Virus record (IMG/VR): IMGVR_UViG_3300042482_000702
Span: 11,355-75,354 of that record
Reading direction: 5' to 3' (one strand)
Source of the DNA: a virus
Length of the DNA stretch: 64,000 bases
Part shown: piece by piece, positions 18,256-27,355 of the stretch
Layout: every line of letters begins with the position of its first letter
Numbering within the stretch: the first letter of the stretch is position 1
Notes under the pieces: generated by a model
Database searches by the model: none
Seen by the model: only the letters and a program-made list of their open reading frames with translations
Told to the model about the DNA's origin: nothing
Program-made: the position numbers and the translations under genes

Positions 18256-18819
18256 TTAAAGTCTCACAGGTATCTTATGTTTGGTACCATCAGTCCTTGA
18301 ATATACTGCGTGTTGTGGCGTCATCATCATTTCATTATGTTCATCACCCAACATATTAATATAATCATTACCTTTACCAGGTTTAAGATATGCAATTGTC
18401 ATATGTGGATGATAGTCCGGATAATCACTTGTGAATGGAAATTGTTTTAAATCCTCGTTTGTTTCATTTAAACTATCCCCCATTATATCATACTTTAATA
18501 CATCATATTTCGGGTTGTTGAAACAAGATAGATTATGAGCTTTACAATTTGTGTATGTATATTTGTTTAACACATTAATTATGTCGTCAATACTCACCTC
18601 GTTATCGTGTAATCCGTATAGTAATGTACAATGTGATTCAGGTTCTAAACCAAACCCCTCTTCTTCGGTGTATAAATCATCAGGGTTTATTTTGTTGTGT
18701 AATTCCGCAATAGAATCAGGGTTAAAGTATAACATCGCACAAGAATAAGGATATGTTTGTTTATTCTCATTTATCCCCATCATTGTTTTGATTTTTGTTA
18801 ACTGTTCGTTTAATTCCAT
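18256..18819 (-). CDS. 2H phosphoesterase (LigT / Acb1-like cyclic-nucleotide phosphodiesterase, 187 aa)
   Basis: Two H-x-T-h motifs (ESHCTLLYG and HPHMTIAYL) at the spacing typical of the 2H superfamily; N-terminal MELNEQLTKIKTMMG leader. Confidence 0.65.
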   Translation of the reverse strand: MELNEQLTKIKTMMGINENKQTYPYSCAMLYFNPDSIAELHNKINPDDLYTEEEGFGLEPESHCTLLYGLHDNEVSIDDIINVLNKYTYTNCKAHNLSCFNNPKYDVLKYDIMGDSLNETNEDLKQFPFTSDYPDYHPHMTIAYLKPGKGNDYINMLGDEHNEMMMTPQHAVYSRTDGTKHKIPVRL

Positions 18820-18880
18820 AATATATCTTTTTGTTGTAAAATATATGTTATTCCCCCCGATTAATCAATAGTAAAAATAT
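18812..18880. repeat. ~60-bp conserved 5-prime region, copy 2 (upstream of 2H phosphoesterase)
   Basis: Near-identical to 17900-17965. Confidence 0.5.
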
Positions 18881-19150
18881 AACCATAATCGGTTATAAAT
18901 GTATTCTATAACTTATTATGGCTATAAGGTTCAGGACTTATTTTGTGGGTTTATAAGGGTTGGGACTTATATGTCTTTTACCATATAATTTGGATTATAT
19001 GGTTTTTATCATATATTTTGATAATATGGTGAAATATGATTATCTTTGGTGAATTGTGGTTATATTAATCCTCCGGTGGTGAAATATACTTATTAAAAAG
19101 TAAATCTTTGCCGTTGGTACCACTTATCGGTACTTTGAGCAATAATTTAC

Positions 19151-19618
19151 TTATTTGTAATAGTTTGATGCATCAACCATAAATAGGAAAACATCGTCTA
19201 ATGATTTATCATCCAAATCTGTATACTTCTTATTGTAGGATAATTTATGATATCCACCTTCATACACATCTATGGAGACAGTGTCCGAATAAAAATACTC
19301 AATTTGTTGTGCGGTATCATCATCAGGTGTACCATATGGAACGGCATTTAAACCTAATGTATATATAGAAACTCCGGTTGAATTATTTTCTTTTGATAAA
19401 TCTTGTACCACATCTTTAATAAAACCAATCTTTTGTTCGTTTGTTAAATTAATACTATCACCATACATATTCATAATAGAATCATAACCACCGAAAAGTT
19501 TAATGGTGTAATATAACCCCATCTTATCAATCATTTTGCTTATCTTTGCGGACTTATCATCCTCATTGATAACCCCCATCATTTGGTGGATTCTATGTAT
19601 GTTTTCGTGTAAGTTCAT
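19151..19618 (-). CDS. MNLHENI-RI--MMG leader family protein (155 aa)
   Basis: Leader plus homology to 16669..17232 (KLGI..T.KL.GG.D). Confidence 0.55.
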   Translation of the reverse strand: MNLHENIHRIHQMMGVINEDDKSAKISKMIDKMGLYYTIKLFGGYDSIMNMYGDSINLTNEQKIGFIKDVVQDLSKENNSTGVSIYTLGLNAVPYGTPDDDTAQQIEYFYSDTVSIDVYEGGYHKLSYNKKYTDLDDKSLDDVFLFMVDASNYYK

Positions 19619-19619
19619 A

Positions 19620-20393
19620 TTATTTTTCTTCAGGCAATTTTGTATCCTTTATAAATTTCTTGTGAGAATCCTTATATGATTTTTGTGTCTCATCATTTAC
19701 ATCTTTGGTGTATTGCCAATTCCAATATAAATCATCGTTTGGTTTGAATCCGTAAAACTCATGAACTTCTTTTTGTGTTTCACTAACTACCTCACCATTC
19801 CAATTCTGACCGACACAGATAAATCCTGTCTCAATATCCTCAACAAGATTTGATTCCCCCAATGTTGCATGTCTATTCTCAATCCAAGTCAATCTCTCTA
19901 TTAGATTCTGATAAAACATATTGGTTTGTCCCCACCTTACCGAACTAAAGAATATAATTGCGTCTGACTCAAATAACTCTTTGGATATCTTCCATAGCTC
20001 ATCCTTTGGATTATTTATATTTGCCCAACATCTATGATTACCTGACGGATTTTTTTTCTTATCTTTGAGCATTGCCTTTAATACCCCACAACTATTTCCG
20101 TCTTTTCTTGAAACATTCCCTTCACAAGGAACTATGTTAAGTTCCGGAACATCAATTAGAACTGACTTGTCACCCAACTCATCGTTGAGGTACATCGCAA
20201 TCATTTTGGATTTTGGTATGTCTTGGTTTTTTTCATCCCAATTATATCTATTGGAACAACTTAGTAGTAATACCTTTTTCTTTTTCTTTAGAATGTCCAA
20301 TGTTTTCTTTACTGATTTCCATGCGTCCGATTGAACCATCTCCTCAGCAATCATCATTTCTCTTATTCTAATTATATTTTCCTGTAAGTTCAT
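19620..20393 (-). CDS. flavodoxin-like fold / NADPH-dependent FMN reductase-like protein with Cys cluster (257 aa)
   Basis: KKVLLLSCSNR (GSxR-like) and SDAIIFFSSVRWGQ blocks; CEG..C..C cluster; MNLQENIIRIREMM leader. Confidence 0.45.
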   Translation of the reverse strand: MNLQENIIRIREMMIAEEMVQSDAWKSVKKTLDILKKKKKVLLLSCSNRYNWDEKNQDIPKSKMIAMYLNDELGDKSVLIDVPELNIVPCEGNVSRKDGNSCGVLKAMLKDKKKNPSGNHRCWANINNPKDELWKISKELFESDAIIFFSSVRWGQTNMFYQNLIERLTWIENRHATLGESNLVEDIETGFICVGQNWNGEVVSETQKEVHEFYGFKPNDDLYWNWQYTKDVNDETQKSYKDSHKKFIKDTKLPEEK

Positions 20394-20433
20394 AATAATA
20401 AATATATTGTTTGGTAGAATAGTTTTTATTTCT

Positions 20434-20441
20434 TATCTTTG
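20434..20441 (+). promoter_or_regulatory. TATCTTTG -7 promoter element for gene at 20463
   Basis: Exact motif 22 nt before ATG. Confidence 0.4.
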
Positions 20442-20462
20442 CGTTCTAAATAAATTATACCT

Positions 20463-21179
20463 ATGAAAAATATACACTTATTATCAACAAAATCAAAAAC
20501 AAGATTGTATCTATCTAACTATGGTAAAGAACTTAATTTAGCTAGTCATCCAACAACATTTTTCACCACAGGTCAACACATCTACATCACTTCTGATGAA
20601 GAAATTAAAGAGGGGGATTGGTGTTTAGATTTAATGAATAATACAATTTATGTAGCTACAAAAGTTGTTGTACATAATCTAAAATCATTAGAGTATGAAG
20701 AATATCTTAAAAAAATCATCCTAACAACAAACCAAGATTTAATTAATGATGGTATACAAGCTATTGATGATGAATTTTTAGAATGGTTTGTTAAGAATCC
20801 AAGTTGTGAGGAGATTAAAGTTGAGGTTGTTGATGATAATATACAATGGTATAAAATAATAATGTCAAATAAAGTCTTTACACCAATTTATAACCATGTT
20901 GAATTTATCAATGATAATATTGATGAGTTTGATGAAAAGATTAAGGAGTTCAAACACGAATTTAAAGTATTAACTACAAAAGAAGTTATGGAAGGACGAA
21001 GTAGTGCATATAACTTTATTGATTTTGGTAAAATAGAAACACTTGAAGATATTAAACTTGAAGAAGTGGTTGGGAGTAAGCATTGTCGATATTCAGTCAT
21101 TGAAAATAAGTTATCAGCACTCTATAGAAATCAAGAACAAATTTTAAAAGCTATTAAAATGTTAAACCATAGAAGATAA
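20463..21179 (+). CDS. hypothetical protein (238 aa)
   Basis: ORF with promoter motif. Confidence 0.5.
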   Translation: MKNIHLLSTKSKTRLYLSNYGKELNLASHPTTFFTTGQHIYITSDEEIKEGDWCLDLMNNTIYVATKVVVHNLKSLEYEEYLKKIILTTNQDLINDGIQAIDDEFLEWFVKNPSCEEIKVEVVDDNIQWYKIIMSNKVFTPIYNHVEFINDNIDEFDEKIKEFKHEFKVLTTKEVMEGRSSAYNFIDFGKIETLEDIKLEEVVGSKHCRYSVIENKLSALYRNQEQILKAIKMLNHRR

Positions 21180-21186
21180 TACTTAA

Positions 21187-21594
21187 ATGAAATATAAATT
21201 CCCTTCGACAAATATAGACGATAATGCTTACTCAACCAAAATAATTCCTTTGATGAAGAAATTCATTAAAAAACATCCGTGGTCCGGAGTAATAGAAGCC
21301 GATAGGTGGTTTAGATATGATTATAAAATTGTTGGTATGACTCTTAATCAAGACTACTTTGAACCAAGATTATTAATCCATATTGAAATTAATAACTTTA
21401 GAACTCATTATCATAATAAATTAGACAACACTCTTGAGTGGAGAAAACATAAATTTCATTTTTGGTCAGCAATAAAAAGAAATGAATATGTTAGAACTTG
21501 GGGTTTGAGGGAAATGTATTTATTCGTTAAATTATTCTCATTCCCTTATCAAATTGGAATTGGAAAAATTAAATTAATAGATGATGAACGATAA
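21187..21594 (+). CDS. hypothetical protein (135 aa)
   Basis: ORF. Confidence 0.45.
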   Translation: MKYKFPSTNIDDNAYSTKIIPLMKKFIKKHPWSGVIEADRWFRYDYKIVGMTLNQDYFEPRLLIHIEINNFRTHYHNKLDNTLEWRKHKFHFWSAIKRNEYVRTWGLREMYLFVKLFSFPYQIGIGKIKLIDDER

Positions 21595-21901
21595 AATGTC
21601 CTCCTTAATCATTAAATACCTAAATCTTACTTATCCTAATAAGCTAACATTTAGTCAATCCAACTATCACAATAAATCAATTGTGTTTAGACACGGTGAT
21701 AATGAAATTGGAATAATGCGGTCGGATATGGATTTTATCAGAATTAATAACCAAACACATAGAGACATATTTATGTGGTTTGGTAATGATTTGGACAGCG
21801 GATTTATTAGTGAATGCGTCATTAAATGGTTATTGATGAAGTACAACTTTAATAATATGAATGAACTACTTATATCGGAATGGTTTGGATTTGACAATTA
21901 A
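21581..21901 (+). CDS. hypothetical protein (106 aa)
   Basis: ORF overlapping previous stop. Confidence 0.4.
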   Translation: MMNDKMSSLIIKYLNLTYPNKLTFSQSNYHNKSIVFRHGDNEIGIMRSDMDFIRINNQTHRDIFMWFGNDLDSGFISECVIKWLLMKYNFNNMNELLISEWFGFDN

Positions 21902-22029
21902 AATTAATTAAATTATCATTTTAAAAAAAAAGAAATTATGAAAAAATGTTTAGTATGTTTATTACTCGTTACTCTATTATTAGAGAGTTGTTCAACCTGT
22001 CACTCAAGACGTAGAGCACAGAATAAAAA

Positions 22030-22935
22030 ATGGTATGTGGAAGTTGGAGCGAAGAAATGTTTCAACAAAAAAGTTCAATCAATTCAAACACAATTAGTAT
22101 GAACTATCATTTAGAGAATGCAAAGAGATACTTAATCTATATGTACCATCTTATCAAAGGAGATTCAATTTCCTCTCGAGTACTTAATCAATGGGATAAA
22201 TTAAATCCAAATGAAAAAAAGTTATTCATGGAAGGAATGGAACACAATTCCCAATTTGATTTTAAATCATTTAAAGTATTAAATAATAAATGGGGTGAAT
22301 GGAAATTAAAAAAGGGTGAAAAATATATCCAATATTTAGTTGAACTCGACAATAAAATAGGTTGGAAATATGTAACACCAAATAAAAACAGAGGTGTAAT
22401 AGGATTCCCAGAGGTATTCATTGGAAAGTCGCCTTTTGGAGGAGAATCAACCAATGAATACTTCCCAAAAAAAATAGATGATATCAAAATCTTAAATGCT
22501 ACTTACGATGTATCAATGTATCTTGAACCTAAAAAGTACAATCTAGCATTTGACTTATGGGTAACCAAAGAAGGTAAGAATGAAACAAAAGATATCTCTC
22601 ATGAAATAATGATATGGGAAGATAGGAATGTGGCAATGCCTGCTGGAAAGTTCATGGGAGAAGTCAATACTACTTCAGGTGTTTACAGAATGTATCACAC
22701 ATATATGGATAGAACATCTGAAAATTTAGGAACACCCGGATGGAACTTTACAGCATTTGTTAAAAAAGATAGAAGAAGAAGTGGTACAGTTAATCTGAAA
22801 GAATTTATCTATATTATGTTAATAGATAATTTATTAAATGAAAACCACTTTGTATCAACAGTAGAGTTTGGAAATGAAATTTATAACTCATGTGGTTATA
22901 CCATTGTGAATGATTATAAGTTAGATATAAAATAA
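22030..22935 (+). CDS. glycoside hydrolase family 12-like protein (301 aa)
   Basis: HEIMIWED block (GH12 nucleophile motif EIMIW) and downstream VEFGNEIY (putative acid/base Glu), beta-jelly-roll-like composition. Confidence 0.45.
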   Translation: MVCGSWSEEMFQQKSSINSNTISMNYHLENAKRYLIYMYHLIKGDSISSRVLNQWDKLNPNEKKLFMEGMEHNSQFDFKSFKVLNNKWGEWKLKKGEKYIQYLVELDNKIGWKYVTPNKNRGVIGFPEVFIGKSPFGGESTNEYFPKKIDDIKILNATYDVSMYLEPKKYNLAFDLWVTKEGKNETKDISHEIMIWEDRNVAMPAGKFMGEVNTTSGVYRMYHTYMDRTSENLGTPGWNFTAFVKKDRRRSGTVNLKEFIYIMLIDNLLNENHFVSTVEFGNEIYNSCGYTIVNDYKLDIK

Positions 22936-22981
22936 GTGATTAATATTTCCATGTGTTGGAATTATGTCGTATCTTTGACAT

Positions 22982-23266
22982 ATGAGACTACTTAAATATT
23001 TGATTATCCGGACAACAACAAAGGGTTCTAATGAGGCAATTAGTGTATATAATACATTATACAACACCAATGTGGTTACGACCCCTATAAAACCCTTACC
23101 CGTTGTTAAACCTACTATTAATGTTCATAATTCACCACTGAAACCTATGGACAAGAAACAAGAGATGATTGATTCTTTGGAATACCTTAAAGGTAAATCT
23201 GTAAAGACAAAAAAAGATAAGGAATCAATCTCTATGTTGGAAGCTATTTTGAAGAATATGACATAA
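22982..23266 (+). CDS. hypothetical protein (94 aa)
   Basis: ORF. Confidence 0.35.
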   Translation: MRLLKYLIIRTTTKGSNEAISVYNTLYNTNVVTTPIKPLPVVKPTINVHNSPLKPMDKKQEMIDSLEYLKGKSVKTKKDKESISMLEAILKNMT

Positions 23267-23638
23267 TTACCAATTATGTATATCCCCAATACCCATATTC
23301 TCCCAATCTAATGAACCCGGATTTGAAAAATATACCTCATCAGGTTCAATATTCACCCGACTTTTAAACCATTGGGAGATTAATTGGGTTTTCTCATTTT
23401 CATCAAATGAGAAGATATCTAAAATATTCTCAAAACTATTTGTAACATATAAATGGTCTCTCTTTTCAGACCATCTCATAATAATATCACCATCATTGTC
23501 TTTGAACACCACTTGTTGATTACTATATACAGAATCTTTATTTGAATCAAAATCTTCCCGACTTAAATCATTAAAGATATCATCTAATAACTTATACGCT
23601 AAATCTTTTCTTTTATTCTCTGTTATTAATATTTTCAT
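23267..23638 (-). CDS. MKILITENK-family protein (123 aa)
   Basis: Leader + family C-terminus QLISQWFKSRVNIEP. Confidence 0.55.
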   Translation of the reverse strand: MKILITENKRKDLAYKLLDDIFNDLSREDFDSNKDSVYSNQQVVFKDNDGDIIMRWSEKRDHLYVTNSFENILDIFSFDENEKTQLISQWFKSRVNIEPDEVYFSNPGSLDWENMGIGDIHNW

Positions 23639-24033
23639 TATATTTTTAAATAATCGTCCGTTATTTGTTTAACCTCTAATCCCGTATTTTCTTCAAACCA
23701 CTGTTTAAATATTGGTTTCCATAAATTTCCAAATAAAGAAGTTAGTTTTCTACCAACTATAGGATATATGTGTAATAAAGGACAGTCATAGTCATGTAAA
23801 GGGCCATAACCCGCAAAATATTCATCTTCCGGGCCAGCATTTGCATTACAACCATAATAAATGTAAGAATCAACATCATTTATAAAAAAAACAAGGTCTC
23901 CCCACTTATCAACATCATCTTGGTAAGTACCTGAGCGGTTATTTTCATGCCACCCATAATCCGGAGTATATTCCCTATCCAAATACTTACGGACAACACC
24001 CTCAATCTTATTTTCCGTTATTACTATTTTCAT
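23638..24033 (-). CDS. MKIVITENK-family protein (131 aa)
   Basis: Leader + C-terminus LTSLFGNLWKPIFKQWFEENTGLEVKQI, clear paralog of 3759..4151. Confidence 0.6.
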   Translation of the reverse strand: MKIVITENKIEGVVRKYLDREYTPDYGWHENNRSGTYQDDVDKWGDLVFFINDVDSYIYYGCNANAGPEDEYFAGYGPLHDYDCPLLHIYPIVGRKLTSLFGNLWKPIFKQWFEENTGLEVKQITDDYLKI

Positions 24034-24055
24034 ATAAATAAATATCCCATAAAAT

Positions 24056-24082
24056 AAAAACCCCCATTAATCTTGGGGGTTA
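24056..24082 (-). terminator. rho-independent terminator
   Basis: AAAACCCCCA-ttaatct-TGGGGGTT. Confidence 0.45.
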
Positions 24083-24280
24083 TCTTTTTCTTTATTACGC
24101 ACTACATAAAAATTATGTCCAAAGTAAGGTAAATCAATATTATCACCAAACCCTAACGACTCAACCATATTTTCAAGGTCTCTATTGGACATCTTATTTA
24201 GGACATCCACCCCAACCTTTAATAGTATCAATTCTATAACCTCATCTCTACTAATTTCTACTGTTGATTTCCATCCCATA

Positions 24281-24481
24281 TTACTTTCTAGCTTTACCAA
24301 CAAATTCTATCAATTCATTCGCCAATCGTATCGCCTCATCATAGGACATATACAATCTTGTATCAATACTCATATCTTGTCTTTCTACCACTCGTAGTAC
24401 AATTGAACTTTGTGTTTCACTTTCTTGGATAACCACTTCTTGATATCCACCATCCATTATTATTTTTGTTTCTACCCACAT
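24281..24481 (-). CDS. hypothetical protein (66 aa)
   Basis: ORF. Confidence 0.3.
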   Translation of the reverse strand: MWVETKIIMDGGYQEVVIQESETQSSIVLRVVERQDMSIDTRLYMSYDEAIRLANELIEFVGKARK

Positions 24482-24507
24482 ATTACTTAATTGAATTAGT
24501 TAATTTT

Positions 24508-25014
24508 TCACTCATAATCATCAAAATATTTATTCATCGGTATTGGTTTTTCATAACCTCCGATTTTTTTTAATCCCTTTTTCATTTCCGATATATCATC
24601 TTTAGTGTAATGTGGTGGAAAAGTTGGTTTCATCCCATATGGCATGTTATGTCTCTCTTCCCAAATTTTCAACCTGTGTTCCGCAGTTGATATTTCGTTA
24701 GCAAATTCCGTCCCTAATAACCATTTATCATACTCATCTTTAGATTTAATAAGCATTATATCACCACCATAATTGGTGATTTTAGCATCCGGATTGGTTG
24801 TATAAACATTTACAATCCCATCTTGACCATTGTATTCCTCACATAAATCATTCACCGCAAGTTCATTGGTTAATGTGTTTTTCCATTTACTACCATATGA
24901 CCTAACCTCACAGATATATATAAACCCATCTTCACGAGTTTGTAAATAATTACCTATCTTGTTTTGAAGCTCTCTTAATTCTTCTACCGAGTATTTAATA
25001 AAATCTATTTCCAT
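24508..25014 (-). CDS. hypothetical protein (168 aa)
   Basis: ORF bounded by terminator at 25036-25062. Confidence 0.5.
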   Translation of the reverse strand: MEIDFIKYSVEELRELQNKIGNYLQTREDGFIYICEVRSYGSKWKNTLTNELAVNDLCEEYNGQDGIVNVYTTNPDAKITNYGGDIMLIKSKDEYDKWLLGTEFANEISTAEHRLKIWEERHNMPYGMKPTFPPHYTKDDISEMKKGLKKIGGYEKPIPMNKYFDDYE

Positions 25015-25035
25015 AAGGCAAATATAGGCATAAAA

Positions 25036-25062
25036 AAAGGAACCACCAAATAGTTCCCTTAT
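25036..25062 (-). terminator. rho-independent terminator
   Basis: AAGGAAC-caccaaata-GTTCCCTT + T9. Confidence 0.5.
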
Positions 25063-25068
25063 TTTTTT

Positions 25069-25404
25069 TTAACTTAAATCTTCTTTATCTTCCATATAAT
25101 GAACAATTTTAACCGGTAATTTAAATTTATCTTCAAACCAATGTTTTACTAACAATTTACTTTCATCCATTGAATAACTGAACCAAACTATAGGTGCGAG
25201 AATATCATCACAAATTGATAAAGTATTTAAATTTGGATTGTACACCATTATAATACCATCACCATTTATATAATTAACCAGAAAAACCTCCTTCCCTTGA
25301 CCATTTCTAATCTGTTTAGTTTTATTATACATTTTAGAAAATGTTTTATTCAAGTTTTTTATAGCTAATTCGTCTCTACGACTTTCCTTTATTAATAATT
25401 TCAT
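25069..25404 (-). CDS. MKLLIKESRRDE-family protein (111 aa)
   Basis: Tandem paralog of next gene (CDDILAPIV.FSY...K.LVK.WFEDKF.LPVKI). Confidence 0.55.
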   Translation of the reverse strand: MKLLIKESRRDELAIKNLNKTFSKMYNKTKQIRNGQGKEVFLVNYINGDGIIMVYNPNLNTLSICDDILAPIVWFSYSMDESKLLVKHWFEDKFKLPVKIVHYMEDKEDLS

Positions 25405-25419
25405 ATGTTATTTTATTTT

Positions 25420-25749
25420 TTAATTTAAAACACCTTTTTGTGTGTGATGAATAATTTTAACAGGTAATTCAAACTTATCTTCAAACCAATTTTTTACTAA
25501 CATTTTACTTTCATGTGGTGTATAACTGAAATAAACTATGGGAGCAAGAATATCATCACAAATGTATAAAGTACTCGCCCTTTCACCATAAATCATTATA
25601 ACACCATCACCATTTCTATAATCAATTCTCCTATGTTCTCCTGTTGAATCTGTAATATAATCAACATCAATATACATATTGGAAAATGCTTTATCCAACT
25701 CTTTTTTTGCCAATTCGTCTCTACGACTTTCTTTTATCACTATTCTCAT
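25420..25749 (-). CDS. MRIVIKESRRDE-family protein (109 aa)
   Basis: Paralog of 25069..25404. Confidence 0.55.
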   Translation of the reverse strand: MRIVIKESRRDELAKKELDKAFSNMYIDVDYITDSTGEHRRIDYRNGDGVIMIYGERASTLYICDDILAPIVYFSYTPHESKMLVKNWFEDKFELPVKIIHHTQKGVLN

Positions 25750-26360
25750 ATGTCATTTGATTTTATGTTATAAACACTTCTGTATCTACTCTTTAAATCA
25801 TAATCACTTAAATCTTCCAATTCACTAACCCTATATAATGAATTTTTATGAAGATAATTAATCATTTCACCCCTACTTAAATTATCAGTATTAACCATCT
25901 GATAACATTTACGCATATTGTCACTTTCATGAGTTTCATCAATCTCTATTTCCGGATGACCAATCTCTTGCCCAAACTTGGTTGTATATTTATCGTCATA
26001 CCATTCGGTAATAACATTTAATATAAAGGTTTTTCTAACTTGTAACATTTTAGATAAATAATCAATCTCTTCTTTATCAATATATAAATCACCAGCAAAA
26101 AACTTATCACCACTTTCAAAATCAGAGTCATCATCTTCATCACTGTTAAAATAATATCTAGCCTCCATAATAATTTTATCCCCTTTACACCATTCCTCAT
26201 TATAGTTTCCATAATTCTCTTCAGTAGGTGGAGTGACTCTTGTTGTATTAGAGATAATTTTCTCCATATGTTTAATGATAATCGATTTAGCGGCGTCTGT
26301 ACCTCTAATAAATCGTTTATTAACCTCTTCTCTTAATATCTTTTTAATTAAATCTCTCAT
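25746..26360 (-). CDS. hypothetical acidic protein with MRDLIKKILREE leader (204 aa)
   Basis: Leader shared with 38978..39916. Confidence 0.5.
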   Translation of the reverse strand: MRDLIKKILREEVNKRFIRGTDAAKSIIIKHMEKIISNTTRVTPPTEENYGNYNEEWCKGDKIIMEARYYFNSDEDDDSDFESGDKFFAGDLYIDKEEIDYLSKMLQVRKTFILNVITEWYDDKYTTKFGQEIGHPEIEIDETHESDNMRKCYQMVNTDNLSRGEMINYLHKNSLYRVSELEDLSDYDLKSRYRSVYNIKSNDI

Positions 26361-26361
26361 A

Positions 26362-26976
26362 TTATTTAATAATTCTGAACCTTAATAATGGTTTACCATT
26401 TATTGTTATATCACCTTTTTCATTCTTATCTATTGTCTTAACAACAACCTTTTTGTTTTTGAATTTTCCACCCATTATGGTATCACCGACTTTAATATCT
26501 AACTTAATCATTTCACTTAATGTTAATTCTCTCTCATCATCTTGAGTGTTCCAAATATCTTGCCCTGTTCCTTTATATATTAATCTGATTGCATCAACCG
26601 GAATGTCTTCAAAGGTAACAATATGATGTTTATAATCACCACCATCAAAATGAGCGTCTTTATACCATTGTACACCGGCTCTTTCTGTATCAATCGCCCA
26701 TATGTCATCATCATAAGTCGAATCGAACATATCTTTTTTCTTTAAACTATCTGTCGCAAATACCGCAGGGACACACTCATCATCTTCATCATAATTACTA
26801 TCAGCATAAATCATATAACATTCCCCCAAGACCGCTCTGATTCCGTATTCAGAAATACTATCTCGATTTTCTCTACTCGAAGCATGAACAACATATTTTC
26901 CGGGAGTAATCTCATCTCCCTTAACCCTTTGTTCTTGCAACAATTTATATTGTAATTCTGTTATAATTATTTTCAT
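26362..26976 (-). CDS. hypothetical protein with MKIIITE leader (204 aa)
   Basis: Leader MKIIITELQYKLL. Confidence 0.5.
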   Translation of the reverse strand: MKIIITELQYKLLQEQRVKGDEITPGKYVVHASSRENRDSISEYGIRAVLGECYMIYADSNYDEDDECVPAVFATDSLKKKDMFDSTYDDDIWAIDTERAGVQWYKDAHFDGGDYKHHIVTFEDIPVDAIRLIYKGTGQDIWNTQDDERELTLSEMIKLDIKVGDTIMGGKFKNKKVVVKTIDKNEKGDITINGKPLLRFRIIK

Positions 26977-26977
26977 A

Positions 26978-27355
26978 TTATTCTAAATTTCTTTCTAAAA
27001 ATATAACATGTTCAGGGTCTTTATCATCATAAATACTTGGGTATCTACTAGTATATATTTTAAAAATTCTTCTAATTAAATCTTCTCTTATTACATTATA
27101 AATGTTACGGGAACCAAAAATTGAACTAACTAAATCATAGAAATAGTCGTCAGACACTCTAATAAAATTTTTATTATCAAATCCGTAATATTCAGCTATT
27201 ACATGTTTTCTTGTTCCCGGAGTTAAAAATTGAACTTTATATCCGTTCATTCTTGATTGAAAGGCTCTTATTAAGTTATCCTTATCAATACCAAGACTAC
27301 TAATAACAATATCTTTTAATTTTTCTATTTTTTCTTCACTAATCTTAATATCCAT
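26978..27355 (-). CDS. hypothetical protein (~125 aa; start chosen at MDIKISEEKIEKL)
   Basis: ORF; leader-like N-terminus at internal ATG. Confidence 0.4.
   Translation of the reverse strand: MDIKISEEKIEKLKDIVISSLGIDKDNLIRAFQSRMNGYKVQFLTPGTRKHVIAEYYGFDNKNFIRVSDDYFYDLVSSIFGSRNIYNVIREDLIRRIFKIYTSRYPSIYDDKDPEHVIFLERNLE

Noticed and set aside
24067-24303. 78-aa ORF
   Set aside because: Its last codons and stop lie inside the terminator hairpin at 24056-24082 and it overlaps the next ORF, so it is kept only as doubtful and not listed as a feature.
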